DNA from: Candidatus Bathyarchaeia archaeon
GTDB lineage: Archaea; Thermoproteota; Bathyarchaeia; Bathyarchaeales; Bathycorpusculaceae
Length of the DNA stretch: 19,693 bases
Reading direction: 5' to 3'
Assembly: GCA_049521795.1 (NCBI GenBank)
Contig: JBEKOM010000015.1
Coordinates: 1-19,693 of the forward strand
Shown here: one piece after another, positions 1 through 7,982 of the stretch
How the letters are laid out: each line of letters starts with the position of its first letter
Numbering within the stretch: the stretch's first letter is position 1
Notes under the pieces: generated by a model
What the model was told of the DNA's origin: nothing
The model's database searches: none
Seen by the model: only the letters and a program-made list of their open reading frames with translations
Program-made: the position numbers and the translations under genes

Positions 1-322
1 CCACCATTAGCTGTGCAGCTTCAGTGGAATATCCTTTTCCTCTTTCGCTTGGAACGAGACCATAGGCTAGTTCTAGCATATTCATATAAGTATTAAGAAA
101 GTTGAAATGCATAATCCAACCAATTTTGCTTCCGTCTTTCTTCTCAATGATAAAATGCTTCGTTTCGAAAACAGTACTCTCCAAGAACTTCTCCATCCCT
201 GCCCTAGTCACCTGTGTCGGAGAGAAATATTCAGCAAAGTCTGGGTTACTCCACCAGTCCACAAGAAATGGCACATCCTCTTTCTCTGCAACCCTTAGAT
301 TCACATTCTTGCCTTCAAGCAA
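1..322 (-). CDS. GNAT family N-acetyltransferase (RimJ/RimL-like), 5' part; runs off the window start
   Basis: Not in the ORF track. Manual minus-strand translation from TTG at 322 gives MLEGKNVNLRVAEKEDVPFLVDWWSNPDF...FIIEKKDGSKIGWIMHF...LELAYGLVPSERGKGYSTEAAQLMV. It has the acetyl-CoA motif RGKGY and is a clear paralogue of 396-932. SD-like GGTGA upstream. Confidence 0.9.
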   Translation of the reverse strand, partial: MLEGKNVNLRVAEKEDVPFLVDWWSNPDFAEYFSPTQVTRAGMEKFLESTVFETKHFIIEKKDGSKIGWIMHFNFLNTYMNMLELAYGLVPSERGKGYSTEAAQLMV

Positions 323-356
323 TCAACGTCACCACTCAAAACGATAAAAACTGTTC

Positions 357-390
357 AGCTATAACTCTTCCGCAAAACCAGAAGACTGGC
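357..390 (-). promoter_or_regulatory. Putative BRE/TATA promoter of the first GNAT gene, duplicated with the gene
   Basis: Minus strand reads ...GGTTTTGCGGAAGAGTTATAGCT, nearly identical to 967-998 at the same 610-bp offset as the coding paralogy. Confidence 0.6.
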
Positions 391-395
391 TTTCT

Positions 396-932
396 TCAAG
401 TGGTTTTTGTCAGTATCTTTGGTTCTTTCCATTCTTCCCTAAGAATGCTGTAGATATAGGCATCTCTCCATTCTCCTCTCAAGAAGAAACTTTTGCGAAG
501 GGTTCCTTCGTTCTTAAACCCAACTTTCTCCAAGACTTTGTGAGAGGCTACGTTTCTCGGGTCAGTTTGGGCTTGAATACGCATTGTGTCTTTTGAGAGA
601 AACAAGTAATCCACCATTAGCTGTGTAGCTTCGGTGCAGTAACCTTTTCCTCTCTCACTTGGCACCAAACTATAACCGATTTCCAGTTGCCTGCCCGCAA
701 CGTGTAGGACGTAGAAATGGGCTATGAAGCCGATTTTGCTTCCGTCCTTTTTCTCTATGATGAATAACTTCTCTTCATGAGGATTCTCAAACATTTTTTC
801 TGCTTCCGTTTTGGACATCTGGTGTAGAGGATTGTATTCACCAAAGACATCAGGCTTGTTAACCCATTCTACAAAAAGTGGCAAATCGTCTTTTTCCATA
901 ATCCTTAGATTCACATTTTTGCCTTCAAACAC
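396..932 (-). CDS. GNAT family N-acetyltransferase (RimJ/RimL-like)
   Basis: Motifs EIGYSLVPSERGKGY, NVASHKVLEKVGF and EGTLRK are typical of Acetyltransf_3. GTG start at 932 is preferred over 944 because it aligns with the paralogue start and has a GGTG SD. Confidence 0.92.
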   Translation of the reverse strand: MFEGKNVNLRIMEKDDLPLFVEWVNKPDVFGEYNPLHQMSKTEAEKMFENPHEEKLFIIEKKDGSKIGFIAHFYVLHVAGRQLEIGYSLVPSERGKGYCTEATQLMVDYLFLSKDTMRIQAQTDPRNVASHKVLEKVGFKNEGTLRKSFFLRGEWRDAYIYSILREEWKEPKILTKTT

Positions 933-966
933 TCTGAACACCAATCAATGTAGTCTGTTTCGGTTT

Positions 967-998
967 AGCTATAACTTTTCCGCAAAACCAAAACTGGC
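967..998 (-). promoter_or_regulatory. Putative BRE/TATA promoter of the second GNAT gene
   Basis: Minus strand GCCAGTTTTGGTTTTGCGGAAAAGTTATAGCT: purine-rich BRE followed by TTATA about 40 nt upstream of the start. Confidence 0.6.
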
Positions 999-1075
999 CT
1001 AAGAAGAGTGATAGGGGAATGTTGCAGCTGAAAATGCAAAGGCTTAAATTGACTGATTTTATTTTTCAAATCGAA

Positions 1076-1435
1076 ATGGATTCTTCAAAGTTAATGTTGA
1101 CTGCTTTGAGGTTCAATGAAGGAATTAACCAGCAGGATCTGGAAGGCTTAGCTGAGTTAATGACTGATGATCACACCCTCATAGTCATAGCTAATAATAA
1201 AGGAGAGGCGACTAAAGGCAAAAATCTTGTGAAAGAAGGTTGGAGAGAGTTCTTCAAGAAATACCCGGATTACAGAAACATCTTCACCTCTGTAACAGTC
1301 CAAGGCAATGTTGTCGTTATGGTTGGCTATTCCACGTGCTCTTTCAAACCTCTCGACGGTCCAAACATTTGGACAGCTAAAATACGCGGCGGACGCGTCT
1401 CCGAATGGAGAGTATGCTGGCTGGATGAAAGATAA
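1076..1435 (+). CDS. SnoaL-like / NTF2 family protein
   Basis: Pattern FNEGINQQDLEGLAELMTDD...GKNLVKEGWREFF...KIRGGRVSEWRV fits SnoaL_2. ATG 1076 chosen because a TATA-like GCTTAAAT lies at ~1042-1049; the ORF track start is 1019. Confidence 0.8.
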   Translation: MDSSKLMLTALRFNEGINQQDLEGLAELMTDDHTLIVIANNKGEATKGKNLVKEGWREFFKKYPDYRNIFTSVTVQGNVVVMVGYSTCSFKPLDGPNIWTAKIRGGRVSEWRVCWLDER

Positions 1436-1625
1436 GAAAAGTCCACATTGAACGTGCGTACTCATGAAAAAGCAAAGTTCGCCCTGATACGCTGCAGCCC
1501 AGTAGCACACGCTTCTTTTCTGCAGAAAGGTTATGGATAGACAACTATTAAATGCCGAATAATCTAATCAGAATCGACGTATTCAACAGAGACGTGAAGA
1601 TCAGGATTTAAGGTGGGTTCAGAGG

Positions 1626-2198
1626 GTGGCTACGAACGAAGAGAAAAGAGACAAGCGTTTTCCACTCTTTGTGCATGATAACGTATTCAGAAGATTGTTT
1701 GATAACCCACACAGTTTCTGTTCCTATGTCGCAGAAGGTCAAACGGTTGCTGACCTTGGCTGTGGACCAGGTTTCTATTCACTCGGTTTAGCAGAATGCA
1801 TTGGTCCTGAAGGAAGGGTCTATGCAGTTGACTCCGACGAAAGGGCTGTCAGAGCGCTAGAAAAGAAAGCGGATAAACATGGCTACCGCAACATCGAAGC
1901 ACGTGTTTCATCCGCCTCTGACCTGAGCTTCATAAAAGACGGGTCGGTTGACTTCGTTCTTGCCAATGGACTACTGTGTTCGATGGCGCCCCAATATCAC
2001 GAGCCAGCCGTTAACGAAATCAAGCGTATCCTCAAGCCAAAAGCACTAGCATACCTTAGCGCGGCCAGAGGCTTCTACAACTACATGAGCAAAGCAGAAT
2101 GGGAGAGAATACTCGAAGGATTCAAAGTCGAGCGAAGGGGCGAAGGTTTCAGCTGGATCGCGGAAAGATGGGCAACAGTGTCCACAAAATCAACGTAG
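1626..2198 (+). CDS. Class I SAM-dependent methyltransferase
   Basis: Motif I VADLGCGPG, motif II VYAVDSD, SVDFVLA and EIKRILKP. Confidence 0.9.
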   Translation: MATNEEKRDKRFPLFVHDNVFRRLFDNPHSFCSYVAEGQTVADLGCGPGFYSLGLAECIGPEGRVYAVDSDERAVRALEKKADKHGYRNIEARVSSASDLSFIKDGSVDFVLANGLLCSMAPQYHEPAVNEIKRILKPKALAYLSAARGFYNYMSKAEWERILEGFKVERRGEGFSWIAERWATVSTKST

Positions 2199-2386
2199 AC
2201 ATGTGCTCGCGCTGCCTTGTCCCTAATTCGGTTTCTTGGCTCATCAAAATGAGCGGAGCATGTCCCTTTTGAAGTGGTCTGCTGAGAGAAAGGTGCGGAA
2301 AACAAAGAAAAAAAGAAAGCCTCCCGCAGCGCATGCTTTCGAAAAGCTCAAGAGCTTCGAGACTCAATGAGAGCCGAGGGGAATGC

Positions 2387-2887
2387 TTGAAGATTCTGGT
2401 TGTATATGATACGAGTTCTACGGCTTGGGGGGCTGCCGTTGCACCCAGAAACACGGAGAAAGTTGCTAAGGCGATGAGTGAAGTTCTGAAAGAAAGAGGG
2501 TTTGATGTTGACTGCCTGTATGTTAAGGATGTTGACTCGGCAGGTGTGAAGAATTATGATTGCGTCTTAGCTGGGTCGCCTACGCAGTGGCACAAGGCAA
2601 CTGGGCCTATTATGCAATTTCTGGACAAGTTTGCCAAAAATGAGTTTTCTGGAAAACTTGCCGCGGCATTTGACACACAGCTACAGATGCCGCTCAGTGG
2701 AAACGCGGCAAAGGGGATAGAGAAAAAGCTCCAAAGACTCGGTTTCAAAATAGTCATGCCATCTTTGATTACCTTCGTTCAAAGCAAGAAGAACGTCGAA
2801 GGCAAGAATGAAATGCAACTGAAAGAGGGAGAACTGGAGAAAGCGAAGAAATATGGGGAAGACGTGGCAGACAAACTCCACCTATAA
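2387..2887 (+). CDS. Flavodoxin / flavodoxin-domain protein
   Basis: KILVVYDT...NTEKVAKAM, YDCVLAGSPT, AAAFDT and GELEKAKKYG. TTG start at 2387 follows a GAGGGG SD; the ORF track extends to 2333. Confidence 0.85.
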   Translation: MKILVVYDTSSTAWGAAVAPRNTEKVAKAMSEVLKERGFDVDCLYVKDVDSAGVKNYDCVLAGSPTQWHKATGPIMQFLDKFAKNEFSGKLAAAFDTQLQMPLSGNAAKGIEKKLQRLGFKIVMPSLITFVQSKKNVEGKNEMQLKEGELEKAKKYGEDVADKLHL

Positions 2888-3342
2888 GGATTGCTGCGCG
2901 CGCCACTTTCTTCCTCCTCTCGCTCTTGTTAAAAGCAAGATTCAGAACAGAAATCAATCATCGCATGATCGGCTGTTTCCGCATCTCTCCCGTTTTGTTT
3001 TCTGGGATCAACGTGTTGGTAGGGGTATCCCTACTAAGTTGGGGTAGGTCTACTGAACGCCATCATTCGTTGAAAGGTTCTCTGGGAACGCGCGCGCTCA
3101 ACCAGTTGGAATTTCAGTTCGAGCAGGTCGTTTGATTGTGGTGTGTTTTCTCTTGAGCACTATGACTATTACCAGTGTTGTTATCATGAGCAGAGTTGGA
3201 ACGAGGAGTGATGGAAATTCTGGGACTGTCTGGATGTTCTGGATGTAGTGGTATGTTTTGGAGAAGGGTGACAGGCGCGCGCTGGGGAGAGGTAGACAAT
3301 ACGTTGATAAAAGTTAAAGTAGGCGAAAAACTACGGAGAATC

Positions 3343-3390
3343 ATGCCGGAATACGTTCCGAAGACTGCGCCAAAGGATGGGGAGAGATGA
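3343..3390 (+). CDS. Possible 15-aa upstream micro-ORF (MPEYVPKTAPKDGER) coupled to the 309-aa gene
   Basis: ATG lies ~25 nt downstream of a BRE/TATA-like GATAAAAGTTAAAG (3306-3319). Its TGA overlaps the next ATG (ATGA, 3387-3390). Confidence 0.3.
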   Translation: MPEYVPKTAPKDGER

Positions 3391-4316
3391 GCGTTCTGCA
3401 ACAAGTTGCCAAGAAATCCAGAGAATACGTTCTGAGTCACTATGGCAACCTTCTCTCCATAGATGAACCTGTCTTTAGTGAAAGGGAAAGACTCTGGAAA
3501 GTCAAGTTGAAGACAGATTACCCGAGATTGATCAAGAATGACAATCCGGAAGAACGGTTTGTTCGCACGCTTCTCATCAAAGACATAGGAACTGTATGTG
3601 TCAATGAAGAAATGGCAATAGTCAAAGATTGTTCCACTTCAAGAAGCCAGTGTGTGGGCACTCTCAGAACACGTTTGAAAACATGGGAAGAGCGAGCCGA
3701 GAGTATCATAGTCAAGACTTCGGCGATCCAACTTGCAGGCACCGGCATGGCCCAAGTCTTTTTAAACCCTATCAGGACTATCTTGTCGAATTTCCTTGAA
3801 GAGGAGACGACTGTAATCTCGTTTGAAGAACTGGAAGCGCTAAGGGAAAATTATCTCAAGTGGGTCCGTTTGCTGGAGGAACTGCAACTGCTGCGAAAGG
3901 AGCAGGAAGGATACACGTACGGCAACATTTTCACCGAAATGAGGAGGAAAGCGAAGGATGATTCAGAGTTCCTCACTCAAGTTCTAGCATACGTCGTGAA
4001 AGAGCGCTATCCAATGCTCAAAGAAGTGTTCCATCTCAGACAATTTGAGACCCTTGTACATCTGGACAGTTGCTATTATATGCCCGCGTTAGAAGCTGAG
4101 AAAATTCTCTTGTTAAGAGCCGAATCACTGTTTAACCGCTACATTGCTCAGTACCGAGCGCGGTCAAAACTTGAACTGCGAGCTGGCCTGCTTGAACTGT
4201 GCAACTCGGATGCTTTGAAAAAGAAGAATGAATACTATTTTGGAAATGAACGTCTCTTCCAAGAAATGCTCGAAACGTCGAAGGAATTCCTCGACCTTTC
4301 TTCACCTAAGATTTGA
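3387..4316 (+). CDS. Hypothetical protein, 309 aa, possibly containing winged-helix-like segments
   Basis: Long ORF with normal soluble-protein composition and a GGGGAGAG SD-like sequence. No family recognised. Confidence 0.8.
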   Translation: MSVLQQVAKKSREYVLSHYGNLLSIDEPVFSERERLWKVKLKTDYPRLIKNDNPEERFVRTLLIKDIGTVCVNEEMAIVKDCSTSRSQCVGTLRTRLKTWEERAESIIVKTSAIQLAGTGMAQVFLNPIRTILSNFLEEETTVISFEELEALRENYLKWVRLLEELQLLRKEQEGYTYGNIFTEMRRKAKDDSEFLTQVLAYVVKERYPMLKEVFHLRQFETLVHLDSCYYMPALEAEKILLLRAESLFNRYIAQYRARSKLELRAGLLELCNSDALKKKNEYYFGNERLFQEMLETSKEFLDLSSPKI

Positions 4317-4342
4317 GCGTGCACCGAGAACCCTGATTCGCA

Positions 4343-4427
4343 GCGCGCGCTGTGTGGGCATCGTTGAAATACTCTTTTAATGAGTTGAAAGCATACGTAT
4401 ATTGTTGTGTGATAAGCGCATGTCTGC
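4343..4427 (+). repeat. Diverged direct-repeat copy of the nurA promoter and first codons (partner 9724-9809)
   Basis: 4363-4427 aligns without gaps to 9745-9809 at 53/65 identity by hand count, including an exact 18-mer GTTGAAATACTCTTTTAA and ATGTCTGC. Confidence 0.88.
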
Positions 4428-4477
4428 GCGCGCTTCGCATAAGAGAAAAAGTGTGTGGAATCTTGTTCTGCTGTACA

Positions 4478-4672
4478 CTATTTTCTTCTCAGTTCATAGT
4501 AGTCTATGAAAAGCAGTATGCCCTCTATTATGAAGTACAATCCGACGATCCACGGAAGCAAGTCGCGAAATACTATGACTAACAGACCGAATATTATGGT
4601 GATTGCAGCAAGCACTGGCTTAGACACTGTGAGACCGATCCTCTTTAGTCCTTTATCAACTTCTCCAGTCAT
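4478..4672 (-). CDS. Small two-TM membrane protein, DUF3096-like
   Basis: IIFGLLVIVFRDLLPWIVGLYFIIEGIL resembles the DUF3096 pattern. ATG 4672 is favoured by a TATAAATA box at ~4709-4716 on the minus strand; alternative GTG start at 4702. Confidence 0.7.
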   Translation of the reverse strand: MTGEVDKGLKRIGLTVSKPVLAAITIIFGLLVIVFRDLLPWIVGLYFIIEGILLFIDYYELRRK

Positions 4673-4783
4673 AGGTTGACCCTGAACGTCTTGTATCTTC
4701 ACATTTATTATTTATAATTAACTCCTTCGTCACAGCGCTGAGTGAGCGCGCGCTGGTCTCACGCACTTGCATCCGCCATACCA

Positions 4784-6031
4784 TTATGAGCTTTGCTGGG
4801 AAACAGAAGCTGCGGGTTCTCTTGCTCTTCTTGTGCTGTTCGTTAGGCTAATGAAGAATTCGCAGACCATGAAGATTTCAACAAAAAGACCGAATGCTAA
4901 CAAGGCATAGTACTGAATAGAAGTGCGGTCGAACCAACCTAAGAACCAATACCCAATGAAGGCAAGATAAAATCCCAGAGGGTCGACGTACACGAAAATG
5001 CCTCCGTTTAAAACCACACCATCCAAAGCCAAAGCGGTGATTAATGCGCTGGCTGCCAAGTAGACTAAGCCTCTGTAATTTCTCTGACTCAAGTAAAACT
5101 CTAGCGCGGACATTCTTGATTCAAGGGTCGAATGAGTTTGGCTCTCTTCTACGGTTCCCTTCTTCATCATTCGGAACCCGATAAATGAGAAAACAAGACT
5201 GGCCAAAATCTGTTCAATGCAATTAAGAGACAATACGCTCGACCATGCAAAGATTCCAGACCAAAGAACTCCGAACAGCGAGGATAAGGCTAGACCGAAG
5301 AATATCAGGCCCCACCAGAAGATCCCCGTCCTCCTGCCATGGAATAGTTCATCGACTTCAAAGCCAAGTAACGAGATTACACCTGCGAGGAGCGTGAACA
5401 AGCCTGTCCATAAACCAAGCATATCGCGCGCGGACTCTGGAAATGTGATTGAAACTCTAACTAGGCTCACGCCAAGGACAATAAGAGCTATCGTGAAAAG
5501 AATGACTGCACTTTTCGCAAGCTTGCCTAGTGCTCGACTGGTTTTCCTGTTTTTCCTTAAGTCAGAGACTATCATGTAGAGTCCGATGAAAGAAAATATT
5601 GCACAAACAAAAAAGAACGGACCAAGAAGCTGTGCAGCATCGACATCCATAAATCCGCCATACAAGAACCGCTGGAATAAAGCAAACCAACCGATTAATG
5701 CAAAAACAAGAATGATCACGCCGTCCCAAAGAACCTGAGGCTCCCTAGAATTTAGTTTCAATTGCCTTTCCGTGTTTGCTTCAGAAAACTCTTGCATCAG
5801 CCGGTAGGCAAGCATGCCCTTCTCTGAAAGAACATACTGGTCACCGTCCTTCTTGGACAGAAGATTGCCCAGCACCTTCAAATGGTAATTCATTTTTCCA
5901 GTGTTGGTAATCCCCAGCGTTTTCATCAAATCCACATAGCTTAAGCTTCCTTTCTCCTGCAAAAGAAGTATGATTCTCCTCCGGGTCTCATCTTTCAAGA
6001 TCTTGTGAAGAGACCCAATATTCGAAGTCAC
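4784..6031 (-). CDS. ArsR-like winged-helix protein fused to a multi-pass membrane domain
   Basis: N-terminal LHKILKDETRRRIILLL...LSYVDLMKTLGITNTGKMNYHLKVLGNLL...YVLSEKG wHTH, followed by about 8 hydrophobic segments. Start is GTG 6031 or 6052. Confidence 0.85.
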   Translation of the reverse strand: MTSNIGSLHKILKDETRRRIILLLQEKGSLSYVDLMKTLGITNTGKMNYHLKVLGNLLSKKDGDQYVLSEKGMLAYRLMQEFSEANTERQLKLNSREPQVLWDGVIILVFALIGWFALFQRFLYGGFMDVDAAQLLGPFFFVCAIFSFIGLYMIVSDLRKNRKTSRALGKLAKSAVILFTIALIVLGVSLVRVSITFPESARDMLGLWTGLFTLLAGVISLLGFEVDELFHGRRTGIFWWGLIFFGLALSSLFGVLWSGIFAWSSVLSLNCIEQILASLVFSFIGFRMMKKGTVEESQTHSTLESRMSALEFYLSQRNYRGLVYLAASALITALALDGVVLNGGIFVYVDPLGFYLAFIGYWFLGWFDRTSIQYYALLAFGLFVEIFMVCEFFISLTNSTRRAREPAASVSQQSS

Positions 6032-6214
6032 AATAGATAAGACAGAATACACTTAATTTTAGACTTTTCTGACAAAAAATCTTATCAAACCGCACCTAGG
6101 GAAGCTCGCAGATCAAATCATACGGCATAGTTGGCGATTTAGAAGAAAGCTTAGGGGAGATCCCCCTTTAATCGATTCTTTGCCTCATCTCATTCTAGAC
6201 GAAGCACTAGTGCG

Positions 6215-6847
6215 CTATGTTTCTCGCGCTGCGGTTTCTGAAGACTGCTCGTTCCTTGGTCTGTCTTGGAGTTCCTTGATCAGCGTTTCCACTCGGGCTG
6301 CAGTTTTGGTCGTGCCCATCTTCCTTACTCTATCAAGAGTTTCAGACAGGCATTCTATTACTCGTTCTGGGCGTTCAGAATAGAGTTTGTTTATTGTTGT
6401 TTCGGCCGTTCTCTGTACTTGTTTCGAGGAATAGGTCGCACCTACAAAATCATGAACGGCAGAATCTAGTTGCCTGTTGAACCTCACAAGCTCATCTTCC
6501 CTCCCAGTTGCTTGCATGAGTTTCTCACCCAACCAATTTGTCGCTTCACCAACCGCAGCTACGATTACGAACATGCCGACTGCTCCTGCAACCAACTGCA
6601 CAAGTGGGTTATAGAGCCAATCCCCCTGAGGAGGAGCTGTTTCAGAACCACCGATAGCTCTACTCCAGAGAAAGTACGAAAAGATGTTTAGAGCAACCAG
6701 GAGTGCTGACAATCCTGGGCCAGACACGTTATTGGGATAGCCAGAGGAGAATAGTACGACAGTAGAGGTTCCTTCAATGATTGCAGTGATCAGAACATAA
6801 ATTGCAAGTCTGTACAGAAATCTCATGTTTACAAGAGAATACGACAA
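6215..6847 (-). CDS. Hypothetical membrane protein (about 3 N-terminal TM helices and a helical soluble C-terminus)
   Basis: 210-aa ORF with three hydrophobic stretches. The start could be ATG 6826. TATA-like sequence at ~6850-6860 on the minus strand. Confidence 0.7.
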   Translation of the reverse strand: MSYSLVNMRFLYRLAIYVLITAIIEGTSTVVLFSSGYPNNVSGPGLSALLVALNIFSYFLWSRAIGGSETAPPQGDWLYNPLVQLVAGAVGMFVIVAAVGEATNWLGEKLMQATGREDELVRFNRQLDSAVHDFVGATYSSKQVQRTAETTINKLYSERPERVIECLSETLDRVRKMGTTKTAARVETLIKELQDRPRNEQSSETAARET

Positions 6848-6892
6848 GAGATTTATTTATGTCTTCTCAGCCGCTCGAAGGACACGAGGAAA

Positions 6893-6916
6893 CATTGTCA
6901 ACAATGATATTGACAA
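6893..6916. promoter_or_regulatory. Palindromic operator-like site
   Basis: TTGTCAA-N8-TTGACAA (6895-6916) overlaps CATTGT-CA-ACAATG (6893-6906), upstream of the 6215-6847 gene. Confidence 0.4.
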
Positions 6917-6965
6917 CAAACCAATAATCAATTTCGGGAAAACCAGCGTGCTGATTCGAGCAGAT

Positions 6966-7640
6966 CTATATGAGTCCAAGCTTTGTCTTCAGAACCGTCC
7001 AATCGTTTGGCTCGAGTATGCGTTCGGCAATCTTGAGGAACTCTTGGTATGCCTCGGGTGACGTTAAGACTTGAAGTGTTCCGAGAATCTCGACTCGTTC
7101 CTGCAGGTTCGCGTTCGGAAGTATCATCTCGAAGTCTTCGACGAGTTCTTCCTGTTTTTGGTTAGTGATCATCAGTTTGTGTGTTTCAGCAAGCTCCTTG
7201 ACCGTGCAGAGTTTCCACAGGATGGGCATGATCTGTTCTTCTTCTCTATCGATGTGCATAAAGTAGAATGCAGTGAAGCGGCTCCACGCTCGGTAGAATT
7301 CGAGGGCGAGTTCTCCGCGTCTTTCGAAATCAACAGGTTTGGCTCTGATGCCGTCGAAATGTTTTATTAGGTCATCGAATTCTTGACGCACGACGCGGTG
7401 GTCCTCCTCAAGTTGCGTGGCACCGCCTGGAACTCTTTGAGACAGAACGGTGTGAATGAATTTTTCTTCCAAATGAGCGTGAAGGCGCATGTGTTCCCTG
7501 AAGGAACAGAGTTCATCGTACAGTGTATCAAGGGCTTTCTGGTCGGTGTAGTCGAGGATTCCCGCTTGAGTTGCAATGTTGAAGAACCTGCGGCGTTGGC
7601 CTTTGTGCATGTCCCGGTACAGGTCTATTTGAGAACTCAT
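6966..7640 (-). CDS. Hemerythrin (HHE cation-binding) domain protein
   Basis: Di-iron ligand pattern MHKGQR, HMRLHAHLEE, LEEDH and HIDREEEQIMP. Confidence 0.88.
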   Translation of the reverse strand: MSSQIDLYRDMHKGQRRRFFNIATQAGILDYTDQKALDTLYDELCSFREHMRLHAHLEEKFIHTVLSQRVPGGATQLEEDHRVVRQEFDDLIKHFDGIRAKPVDFERRGELALEFYRAWSRFTAFYFMHIDREEEQIMPILWKLCTVKELAETHKLMITNQKQEELVEDFEMILPNANLQERVEILGTLQVLTSPEAYQEFLKIAERILEPNDWTVLKTKLGLI

Positions 7641-7833
7641 GATAACTTCCTCGATTTGCTTCTCGAATTAGCGCGAGCATAAGATCTCATAAACATACCT
7701 TTCTTGACTAGGGGTGAACTTGATTTATAAGAGTGCGTTAGTTCGATGTTAAAGTCACAAAAATTGCATGCGCACTTAATTCAGGGACAAGTCAGCGCGT
7801 TAAGTGAGAAGCAGTGAAGTAGAGCATTGTTTT

Positions 7834-7865
7834 GTTACAAAATGCTGTAACGATTGTGTGACAAT
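7834..7865. promoter_or_regulatory. Palindromic operator-like sites in the divergent hemerythrin/FIST intergenic region
   Basis: GTTACA-N6-TGTAAC (7834-7851) next to ATTGT-GTG-ACAAT (7853-7865). Confidence 0.4.
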
Positions 7866-7982
7866 GCAGTTTTTCTGATTCCATCAAGAGTCAAAGGACT
7901 TAACATCATTCACTCGTCCGCGAATTTGCATTGGTCGCAAGCATTTATAGTATTACAACGGTATTTGAATCTGGGGTAAATC

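Noticed and set aside
102-453. Plus-strand ORFs 102-347, 107-298 and 214-453
   Set aside because: They are antisense shadows of the GNAT genes on the minus strand.
3019-3034. Small hairpin GTAGGG-gtat-CCCTAC, resembling TAGGGGAGATCCCCCT at 6152-6167
   Set aside because: Only two short, imperfectly similar instances, which is not enough to call a repeat family.
2926-3440. ORFs 2926-3135 (+), 3114-3440 (-) and the full-length 3196-3390 (+)
   Set aside because: No recognisable motifs; they cross GC-tract junctions and promoter-like sequence. Only the last 15 codons of 3196-3390 are kept as a weak candidate.
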